A stretch of 35,646 nt of DNA from Candidatus Woesearchaeota archaeon (GTDB taxonomy: Archaea > Nanobdellota > Nanobdellia > Pacearchaeales > GW2011-AR1). Both the position numbers and the translations under genes were made by a program. The stretch covers positions 1 through 35,646 of the forward strand of contig CAZAAB010000002.1 of NCBI GenBank assembly GCA_964483015.1, read 5' to 3'. The notes beneath the pieces were generated by a model that was given only the letters and a program-made list of their open reading frames with translations, was not told the origin of the DNA and made no database searches. Positions within the stretch are counted from its first letter, which is position 1. The number at the start of each line of letters is the position of its first letter. Shown here in pieces: positions 25,201 through 31,743 of this stretch.

Positions 25201-26705
25201 GGAAGGCATTGGTTATAACAATACGCATCCAAAATAGGAAATTGTTTTTTAATTTTTTTGACGTTTATAGAAAATTCTTTGGCGGTTTTTTTAATTAGTT
25301 GATTTGCTTCTATCAAATCCACATTTGTATTTGCTTTTTTCATTATCAACTTTTTTATTTTGTTATTTTTTTTATTGTGGACAAGTCTAATCTTTTCATT
25401 AAATCTTAAGAAATTGTTTACTCCGTAAACAACTATTGTTTTATATTCTGCTGAAAATCCTGATTTTGCTATTCCTTTTTTAACATCTCTGGTTGTAAAT
25501 GTTATTCCTAATCTTAAAAAGCAAGTTTCTATGCCTCTTGCCAATTCTTCACTTTTTGTTGTTATTTCTATACTTTTATTGGAAATATATCCGTCTCCAC
25601 AAAATAAACCATTCAGTAAGTTAGATACTTCTCTATCTGAAGAATGTTTTAGAATTGCGTTTGAAATTCTTTTTTTCCTTGTATCAGAACCCATCCCTAA
25701 TTTTTTTAAAATTTTTCTTAAGGGTTCTGAATAAAAAATAACATCCCAGCAACCTGTTTTATATTCTCTTACCAATGGTTTTTTTCGAAACAATTTTTTA
25801 ACCAAATAAACATAATCATCAACTACTTCTCTGGTTCCGTTTGTAAACCATATTTGACTCGAAGAAGCAAGTCTCCCATCAGAAAGTAAGTAGCCAAAAA
25901 ACCGGGAGAAGTCAGGAGAATTTTTAAAAGAAAATTTTGTTTTTTTTCCGTTTCTAATAATTGTATCTAATAATCCTATTATTTCTTTATTAGAAAGACT
26001 GGCAAATTTTAATATCTTTATTAACGATGCTAAATTTATTGATTGCTTATCTAAAAGTCCTTTTATAGTGTAATGGGAGATTCCTATTTCGCTTGCTAAT
26101 TTTTTCCATGTCCTTTCTTTTTTGAGTTGTTTTAAAATATTTCTGAATTCCTCTCTGTATGGAATATATATCTTGTCGTCTTGCTTAATTTTTTCAATTA
26201 ATTCGCAGAAATTTTTATTTTCAGGTTCAAAACCTACTTTTCTTGGAACTGCTACTCTTGTTCCTTTTTCTAACTCTTCTGATTTTAGTGCTTTTATTTC
26301 CCCGTCTTTTAATGTGAATAAAGGGTGGTATTTTGTCACTTTTATTTCTTTTCCAGATCTTGTTTTAATTTTAAGAATTTTTTTAGGAGATTTCCTTTTA
26401 ACAAATTTTTTGATTGGTTTTTTACTTGTTTTTAATGTGTTAAAATCCAGACATTCTATTTTTGTCCCGTCTCCTTCAATTATAAATCCATCTTCTGTTT
26501 TTTTTGCCTTCCCTAATCTTTTGTTAACTACTTTGTCTATTCTCTCTGCTCTTCCATCAGATAAATAGATTTTGGTGTCTCCAGTTACACATTTACCTGA
26601 ACCATTTGGTCCAACTACCACATTCATACTGTTTACAAAAGGGATTTCGGTTTCTTTTGGAAAGCTTTTAAATCCCTTCATTACCAATTTTTTGATATGG
26701 GCCAT
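22254..26705 (-). CDS. smc: SMC-family ATPase precursor (intein-containing) with a hinge-less coiled coil and a central CxxC
   Basis: SMC head motifs: KGFKSF, GPNGSGK|SNIVDALCFVLG, QGEIQEIV..EERREIIEEVAGI, LSGGEKTLVALSLLFAIQ, FYIFDEVDAALD, YGVSM.KGVSKIV. Between the head halves there is a long K/E-rich coiled coil, with CPLC at 23664-23675. Confidence 0.9.
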   Translation of the reverse strand: MAHIKKLVMKGFKSFPKETEIPFVNSMNVVVGPNGSGKCVTGDTKIYLSDGRAERIDKVVNKRLGKAKKTEDGFIIEGDGTKIECLDFNTLKTSKKPIKKFVKRKSPKKILKIKTRSGKEIKVTKYHPLFTLKDGEIKALKSEELEKGTRVAVPRKVGFEPENKNFCELIEKIKQDDKIYIPYREEFRNILKQLKKERTWKKLASEIGISHYTIKGLLDKQSINLASLIKILKFASLSNKEIIGLLDTIIRNGKKTKFSFKNSPDFSRFFGYLLSDGRLASSSQIWFTNGTREVVDDYVYLVKKLFRKKPLVREYKTGCWDVIFYSEPLRKILKKLGMGSDTRKKRISNAILKHSSDREVSNLLNGLFCGDGYISNKSIEITTKSEELARGIETCFLRLGITFTTRDVKKGIAKSGFSAEYKTIVVYGVNNFLRFNEKIRLVHNKKNNKIKKLIMKKANTNVDLIEANQLIKKTAKEFSINVKKIKKQFPILDAYCYNQCLPSRDGLKLLCEKVFNGHSESKEKLNTLANSDIFWDEIIKIEEIPGEKWVYDLCVELHHNFIANNIFVHNSNIVDALCFVLGRMSIKSMRAERASNLIFAGAKGRKPEKEASVNLVFSNKDKTFSVDSKEVSIQRIVRKNGQSTYKINKETKTRQEIIDLLAQAGIDPYGFNIVLQGEIQEIVKMKPEERREIIEEVAGISIYEDRKKKSLNELEKTDEKFKQVSATLRERRSYLKNLEKERRQALKFKKFKKRVKRYKASILKRKISRKKKNLSNFIQELEEKEDKKQEKRNQEKKARQEIKQFEKRINKIDKDIEGKTGVRQENLQSQISNLRADLVGIEVREENNQSRLEEIKERREKRKKEEEKLEKEIKRLRKEKPQTGKQEELNEKKKQLEQAEAKKKKSYNLKEKLKSIKDKKQDRENLLNEKQNESSFLFNQVDNLSDKLKYKEIEKAEKQVKELEKKEKETRNTVENKQELIRGQENNSSIYKSEIARLQEVKEKVENLDICPLCKSRITSKHIEQVKTDCDEKISNYKEKLEKLDSEKTKEEISNLKEKMKKIQQEREKAEKDLVNLKWVEEKKEAIKKIENEKKEIEKQIQDLSKKQKEIKNKLSKLKNIEEDYDKIFLEIQEISSRTKETVNAEQESKERDLEKLKIEQKQSFREQEDLEEELEELEDEEQEKREQLEEKEEKQSELEEIFKNLNEEKNSLQKQIHEKNSFILEIQNNISRIEEKENDLKIEKARIDAELENLETDFKPYENVKVINQPVHTLESKLEKTQNRIEKMGAVNLKSLEVYSRVKKEYDKVEEKAEKLMKEKEEILKVIEKIDKKKKKVFMKTLKAVNELFNRNFRQLSKKGEAFLRPENKNEIFEAGLDIEIKIGRGKYFDISSLSGGEKTLVALSLLFAIQEYKPYCFYIFDEVDAALDKRNSERLAALIKKHMKTGQYIIITHNDALITESSVLYGVSMQKGVSKIVTLEV
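24996..26591 (-). mobile_element. 532-aa intein with a LAGLIDADG homing-endonuclease domain in the SMC Walker A loop
   Basis: It starts with Cys (CVTGDT) after GSGK and ends in VHN followed by Ser. It has a TxxH block (TKYH) and LAGLIDADG motifs FFGYLLSDGRL and LLNGLFCGDGYI. Confidence 0.9.
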
Positions 26706-26860
26706 AACTCTTTTTTACTTGATTTTTTCTTATTTTACTAACTGAAAAGCCTTATTTAAAGTTTATTTTGATTAAAATAAATTAAACAATGAAATTTTGA
26801 AAACAAAAAGCTTATAAAGTTTAAAATCTTTAGTTGTAATAATTGGTAAAGTTATCTTTG

Positions 26861-26921
26861 CCAGGGGGCAGGAGAAACAATCTTGGGTCCTTCGGGATTT
26901 TTGGTTGTCTTCGGATGCCCC
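26861..26921. ncRNA. GC-rich structured island, a candidate small RNA of unknown class
   Basis: GGGGCA (26865-26870) pairs with TGCCCC (26916-21), enclosing a GTCC-TTCG-GGAT hairpin and a second TTCG loop. It stands out in an AT-rich 383-bp spacer. Strand and class are undetermined. Confidence 0.25.
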
Positions 26922-27088
26922 TAAATTGCTATTTCTTATACAGCCACAAAAATTTTTAAGTTAAATAAATTGTTTTAATTATGGCAGGGGGAAGTTTCAT
27001 CAAAAAGTTGGGATATTAAAGAAATATCAGAATTAAACTATTTGCTAACAGTCAAATTAATAAGTGAAGAATCTGGATTCTTCATTTT

Positions 27089-27760
27089 TTAATATTCGCC
27101 TAATTTCTTTTGCTCTTTTTCCATCTTTGCCTGCTTCCAAGAAACCCATGATTTTCTAAAAATTCCCTCTTTTTTATACCTGGTTACGTGGTCTTTTAGA
27201 AATTTTCTTGTTATCGGGTCTGATGGGTAGCCAGAACCAAAATCTTTTCCTATTTTATCTTTTATCTTTTTAATCTCTTTTTCTCTTGTTGATTTTGCTA
27301 TTATTGAAGCAGCTGAACAGGCAATATGATTTAAGTCAGCTTTATGTTCAATATTAAAGATTAAGTTGTCTTTTTTATTTACATATGTTTTCAAAACTTC
27401 CCCCCACTTTTTTGTATTTGGGCTTGGACAGTCAACAATCACATTAATTTTATCTAAACCCCTATTTATTTTGTTTATTATTCTTGCTGACTTGACAGCT
27501 TCAATTCTGTTTAAGTTAAACCCTATGCTTATCTTGCCATCAATCTCGGTTGGGGAAACTATTGCTATATGGTATGAAAAAGCCTTCTTCCTTATTATTT
27601 CTGCTAAAATCTCTCTTTTATCTTTATTTAATAATTTCGAGTCTTTAACACCTAATTTTTTCAGCTCTTTTTCAAGATTTTTATCTATCAAACAGCCGGC
27701 TAAAATCATTGGGCCTATTGTAGGCCCCCTCCCGCTGTCATCAATGCCTAATTTTAACAT
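27089..27760 (-). CDS. rnhB: Ribonuclease HII
   Basis: 223 aa with LGIDDSGRGPTIGPMILAG, DSK and ACSAASIIAK, the RNase HII catalytic motifs. Confidence 0.9.
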   Translation of the reverse strand: MLKLGIDDSGRGPTIGPMILAGCLIDKNLEKELKKLGVKDSKLLNKDKREILAEIIRKKAFSYHIAIVSPTEIDGKISIGFNLNRIEAVKSARIINKINRGLDKINVIVDCPSPNTKKWGEVLKTYVNKKDNLIFNIEHKADLNHIACSAASIIAKSTREKEIKKIKDKIGKDFGSGYPSDPITRKFLKDHVTRYKKEGIFRKSWVSWKQAKMEKEQKKLGEY

Positions 27761-27799
27761 TTTATTTTGATAGAAAAGCTAACTTTTAAATTTTTATAA

Positions 27800-27906
27800 T
27801 AGCGGGGGTGGGAATTTCATTGGCAAGATTTTCTCTTGGCCAATTTTGAACACCACGACCTCCGGGTTATGGGCCCGGCGAACACTCCAAGCTGTTCTAC
27901 CCCGCT
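27800..27906 (-). tRNA. Initiator-type tRNA-Met (CAU) with a ~31-32 nt insertion in the T arm
   Basis: On the minus strand: acceptor AGCGGGG/CCCCGCT (A1:U72), anticodon stem CCGGG/CCCGG with three G:C pairs next to the loop, and loop CCCATAA. The T-arm halves GTGG..GTTCAAA and TCCCAC are separated by the hairpin ATTGGCCAAG/CTTGCCAAT. Confidence 0.8.
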
Positions 27907-28273
27907 ATATCAACTATGGGCTTATTAACTTTATATGAGAAATCAACTACCCATAATAGTATTAAGGACAACATGAATACACTTTTAAATCTTTGTGTTT
28001 ACTTTGCCGATTTTGAAGATAGCAGGATAAAGAAGAAACTAAAACTTCATGAGCTTGATAAAATTTCGAGCAAACTAGGAGTCGTGCCATCTAATTCTTG
28101 ATCGATTCTAACTTGTTTTTTATCGTATCTTCTATCAGTTGTTCTTACTTTATTAATTGTTACATAACCCAAATCAAATTCTCCAATTCTTTTCCTTCTA
28201 TGCTGTAATTGATTTTATTTATTGGTAATAGAAAAGATTAAATATAAAAATGTAGATTTCTTATAATGTTAGT

Positions 28274-28372
28274 ATGATAGAAAAAGGTAAAAATTGGCTG
28301 GATTATTTTTTGAAAATACTTCTAATAATTTTTATAATTTTGCTAATAATTGTCATTATAAAGGGTGTTTAA
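28274..28372 (+). CDS. Possible 32-aa single-TM micro-protein
   Basis: MIEKGKNWLDYFLKILLIIFIILLIIVIIKGV. Not in the track. It ends 3 nt before the next ORF. Confidence 0.25.
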   Translation: MIEKGKNWLDYFLKILLIIFIILLIIVIIKGV

Positions 28373-28375
28373 AAT

Positions 28376-28639
28376 ATGAAAATTGCTAAAGTGATAAAAA
28401 TAAATTGGATAGATATTATAATTATAATTCTATTTATTATGACCTTGTATTTCATACTTACAAGAATACTTGGACACTCAGCATCAGATTTAACAATAAG
28501 CATTACTTTATTCACCCTTGTTGGGAGTTTATTATACAAGTTGAGTAGGGAGTTCGGCGAATTTAAAACAAAAACAATGAGCAGTTTTGACAAAATAAAA
28601 GAGGATATGGTTTTAATTAAAAATAAATTAAAGATTTAG
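28376..28639 (+). CDS. Small two-TM membrane protein (87 aa)
   Basis: Two hydrophobic helices followed by an amphipathic C-terminal tail. No family recognised. Confidence 0.45.
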   Translation: MKIAKVIKINWIDIIIIILFIMTLYFILTRILGHSASDLTISITLFTLVGSLLYKLSREFGEFKTKTMSSFDKIKEDMVLIKNKLKI

Positions 28640-28649
28640 AAATAGAAAA

Positions 28650-28883
28650 ATGTCGGGACCAGGAAAGGGAAAAATAAAGTTAGGGAAAGCAGATGTTTAT
28701 ATACATTTGAAAGGTAAATCAAGGGCGAGAATAACTCATATAGATATAGAAAATGAAAAGCTGAACAAAATTATTAAGCCGAAAGAATCAACTTTTGTTG
28801 GTGGCAAGAAAGGCGGGGTTTTTATTGGCTTGAAAAAGAAAATGATTAAAAGAGCTGAAAAGCTGGCTAAGAAGAAAAAATGA
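28650..28883 (+). CDS. Small, highly basic soluble protein (77 aa)
   Basis: K/R/G-rich. Its stop overlaps the next ATG (ATGA). No family recognised. Confidence 0.45.
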   Translation: MSGPGKGKIKLGKADVYIHLKGKSRARITHIDIENEKLNKIIKPKESTFVGGKKGGVFIGLKKKMIKRAEKLAKKKK

Positions 28884-29083
28884 AAAACCCGTTTAAATTG
28901 CTTGGGAGCTATGTTGGTTTATTCCTTGGTTTAATAGCAAGTTATTTTTCTTTTGCTATTGTCTTAAGTTTAGCTGAGTCGGGCAAGTTTATATTAATCG
29001 CTTTATTGATCCCATTTATCCCGATAATTCTGGGCTTTTTGCTTGGCTGGTTAATACATTTATTGATTTTAAAGTTAAAATGA
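28880..29083 (+). CDS. Small two-TM membrane protein (67 aa)
   Basis: Two hydrophobic helices. Its stop overlaps the ATG of the HAD gene (ATGA). Confidence 0.45.
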   Translation: MKNPFKLLGSYVGLFLGLIASYFSFAIVLSLAESGKFILIALLIPFIPIILGFLLGWLIHLLILKLK

Positions 29084-29921
29084 AGAACATAATCATTCCT
29101 GATGCAGAAGAATTAAAGAAAAAAAAACAACGAATAAAAAAGCAAGGTAAAAAAAATCTTCATGTTTTAAGTGATTTTGACAGAACCTTAACTAAAGCTT
29201 TTGTTAATAATGAAAAAGTTCCGTCTGCTATTTCATCTATTAGACGAAATGCCTATCTAGGAAAAGATTACGCTAAAAAAGCTTATCAATTGTTTGATAA
29301 ATATCATCCGATAGAAATTAACCCCTCAATTAAGTTAGAAGAAAAGAAAGAAAAAATGAAGGAGTGGTTGTCAGAACATTATAAGTTGTTAAAAGAAAAA
29401 GGCATGAATAAAGAGGTTATTGATAAGTTAGACAAGATTATAAGCTTCAATTTCGACCCGGAGTATTAAAGTTTCTTGATCTGTTGCATAAAAATAATAT
29501 TCCCTTAATCATTTTATCCTCTTCTGGAATAGGCAATTGTATTGAAAAATTTTTTAAAGCAAAGAACAAGATGAATAATCACATATATATCATTTCTAAC
29601 TTTATTGAATTTGATAAAAAAGGAAAAATGACTGGCATTAAAGGCAAAATTATCCATCCTTTTAATAAAAATGAGGATAGTTTAAGGCCTAAAATTTACA
29701 AAAAAATAAAAAAAAGGAAAAATGTCATATTGCTTGGAGACAGTTTAGGAGATTTAAGTATGATTGAGAGTTTTAATTATGATAATTTAATTGAGATTGT
29801 TTTTTTGAATTGTACGGTTGATGAATTATTAGATGAATATAAAAAGAATTTTGATGTTGTTCTTTTAAATGATGCTGATATGAATTATGTAAATGATTTA
29901 CTGAAAGAAATGGTGGAATAA
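29080..29921 (+). pseudogene. HAD-superfamily pyrimidine 5'-nucleotidase (UMPH-1-like) split by a frameshift near 29427-29467
   Basis: Part 1 carries HAD motif I (VLSDFDRTLT). The second frame reads RPGVLKFLDLLHKNNIPLIILSSSGIGN...LLGDSLGDLSM (motifs II-IV) and is open from 29427. The two frames overlap by about 40 nt. Confidence 0.65.
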
Positions 29922-29957
29922 AAAAGTTTATAAGCCAAATACCTTTTTCTTTATAAA

Positions 29958-30039
29958 GCCCCAGTCGCATAGTGGTATTGCACTGGATTGCTAATCCAGA
30001 CCCGTTTTGGGTGCGCAGGTTCGATTCCTGCCTGGGGCG
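29958..30039 (+). tRNA. tRNA-Ser (anticodon GCU)
   Basis: Acceptor GCCCCAG/CTGGGGC, anticodon arm CTGGA-TTGCTAA-TCCAG, long variable arm ACCCGTTTTGGGTG, T arm GCAGG-TTCGATT-CCTGC, discriminator G. Confidence 0.9.
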
Positions 30040-30041
30040 TC

Positions 30042-30314
30042 TCAATTCTCAATCATACTTATCAATCTAAAAAGCTCATAATCTGGAATATTTATTGGGT
30101 TTAAACTGTTATTCCATTCATGAATTTTGTTTACGGCAAGATTTTTTTCATCTTGCCTTGACTTAATTTCCAACTCTAACTCTTTAATCTTATTCTTACA
30201 TTCCTTACATTTAACACCCCTTCCAGTACATTTACATCCAGAAATAGTCTTCTTGCCGCAGCCATAATATTTTAATATTTCTAACTCTTCTTCAAGTTCA
30301 TCTAAATTCTTCAT
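30042..30314 (-). CDS. Cys-rich 90-aa protein of unknown function (possible Zn-binding)
   Basis: Contains CGKKTISGCKCTGRGVKCKEC followed by a coiled-coil-like stretch. It ends 2 nt from tRNA-Ser. Confidence 0.5.
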   Translation of the reverse strand: MKNLDELEEELEILKYYGCGKKTISGCKCTGRGVKCKECKNKIKELELEIKSRQDEKNLAVNKIHEWNNSLNPINIPDYELFRLISMIEN

Positions 30315-30364
30315 TTTTAATTAGGGTTAGAAAATAAGATGAGGGGTTTTTAAATTTTAGTAAA

Positions 30365-30402
30365 ATTTGTAAATTAAAACAATAGATTTATAAATTAAAA
30401 CA
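30365..30402 (+). promoter_or_regulatory. Two 17-nt direct repeats (ATTTGTAAATTAAAACA / ATTTATAAATTAAAACA) spaced 21 bp apart, overlapping the likely TATA box
   Basis: 16/17 identical. The second copy ends 13 nt upstream of the ATG at 30415. Confidence 0.4.
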
Positions 30403-30414
30403 CTATTTAACAGT

Positions 30415-30681
30415 ATGGAAAAAGACTTAGGCAAAATAAATAAGAATGAAACTACTGATATTGTAGTGAGGCTTGATGATTTTGGAGGGAATGTGGGGCT
30501 AACAATAAGGGAATTTATAACAAGTGACAGATATACTGGCTTTACTAAGAAAGGTACGAGGATACCTGCAGAAAAAATAGCGGAATTTAAAGATATGGTA
30601 ACCAGCATTGATGAGGGAGAGTTGAAAAAATTGCAAGAAGAAGCTGAACAAAGCAAGGATAAAGAGCAGGAAACACTTTAA
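30415..30681 (+). CDS. PC4/p15-like ssDNA-binding protein
   Basis: 88 aa. VVRLDDFGGNVGLTIREF....TGFTKKGTRIPAEKIAEFKDMVTSID follows the PC4 pattern (V.V..FKG...IDIRE........PGKKGISL..EQW..L...I..ID). The match is from memory only. Confidence 0.6.
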   Translation: MEKDLGKINKNETTDIVVRLDDFGGNVGLTIREFITSDRYTGFTKKGTRIPAEKIAEFKDMVTSIDEGELKKLQEEAEQSKDKEQETL

Positions 30682-30695
30682 TTAAAAAGAGGAAG

Positions 30696-31670
30696 ATGAA
30701 GAAAATAGCTATAAATGGTTTTGGTAGAATTGGAAGAGCTATTTTAAAAATAGGTTTAGAAAAAAATCTAGATATAGTGGCTATAAACGATTTAGTAGAT
30801 ATTAAAACCCTTGCTTATTTATTAAAATATGATTCTGTGTATGGCAATTATAAAAAAGTAGATTATGGTAAAGGTTGGTTAGAGATTGGTAAGAAAAAGA
30901 TTAAGGTATTTAATGAAAAAAAGCCGGAAAAACTGCCGTGGAAAAAATTAAATATTGATATTGTTGTGGAAAGTACCGGCTTGTTCACTGAGAGAAAACA
31001 AGCAAAAAAACATTTAAAAGCCGGGGCAAGGAAAGTTGTTATTTCAGCTCCAAGCAAGGATTCTGATATTACTGTTGTCTTAGGTGTAAATGATAACAAA
31101 ATAAAAAAAGAGCATAAAATTATTTCAAATGCTTCTTGCACTACTAATTGTCTTGCTATAATTGCAAAAATCTTAAATGATAAGTTTGATATTAAAAAAG
31201 GCTTTTTAACTACTGTGCATGCATATACTGGTAGTCAGAAGGTAGTTGACAGCCCTTCAAAAAAGGTGAGAAGGGGCAGGGCTGCTTCTATTAATATTAT
31301 TCCAACAAGTACTGGAGCTACTAAAGCTGTTTCTAAAGTTTTGCCAGAATTAAAAAATAAACTGGATGGTCTGGCAATTAGAGTTCCGGTTCCATGCGGT
31401 TCAATAGTAGATTTTGTAGCTGAGGTAGAAAAAAGTACAACAAGAAAAGAAGTGAATAATGAGTTTAAAAAACAAGGCAAGAAAATGAAAATTCTAGAGT
31501 ATAGTGAAGAAGAATTAGTTTCTTCTGATATCATTGGTAATAAAAGTTCAGCTATTGTTGATGGCAAATTAACACAGGTTAATGAGAATATGATAAAAGT
31601 TCTTGCTTGGTATGATAATGAGTATGGCTATTCAGCAAGAATGGTTGACTTGTTAAAAAAGTTAAAATAA
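30696..31670 (+). CDS. gap: Glyceraldehyde-3-phosphate dehydrogenase, class I (bacterial/eukaryotic type)
   Basis: INGFGRIGR, SNASCTTNCLA (catalytic Cys), WYDNEYGYS. 324 aa. Confidence 0.95.
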   Translation: MKKIAINGFGRIGRAILKIGLEKNLDIVAINDLVDIKTLAYLLKYDSVYGNYKKVDYGKGWLEIGKKKIKVFNEKKPEKLPWKKLNIDIVVESTGLFTERKQAKKHLKAGARKVVISAPSKDSDITVVLGVNDNKIKKEHKIISNASCTTNCLAIIAKILNDKFDIKKGFLTTVHAYTGSQKVVDSPSKKVRRGRAASINIIPTSTGATKAVSKVLPELKNKLDGLAIRVPVPCGSIVDFVAEVEKSTTRKEVNNEFKKQGKKMKILEYSEEELVSSDIIGNKSSAIVDGKLTQVNENMIKVLAWYDNEYGYSARMVDLLKKLK

Positions 31671-31743
31671 AAAATTTCTTTAATAAAAACAAATAAAAAC
31701 CCTTATTAATTGGGTGGTATATTAAACTAGATAAAAGAGGAAG

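Noticed and set aside
22531-26568. Numerous plus-strand ORFs (22531-22809, 22885-23310, 23288-23598, 23746-23988, 24775-25002, 25531-25734, 26122-26568) opposite the SMC-like gene.
   Set aside because: They are Phe/Ser/Leu-rich, low-complexity antisense translations of K/E-rich coding sequence. They have no start context or motifs and lie entirely inside a well-supported gene.
27916-28101. A 61-aa plus-strand ORF starting 10 nt from the tRNA-iMet 5' end.
   Set aside because: It has no SD or TATA context and no recognisable motif, and it overlaps an equally plausible startless minus-strand frame. Left uncalled and discussed as part of the decayed island.
29773-30045. A 90-aa minus-strand ORF spanning the end of the HAD gene and all of tRNA-Ser.
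   Set aside because: It overlaps a confident tRNA and a coding region. Its Arg/Gln-rich start is just the reverse complement of the tRNA.
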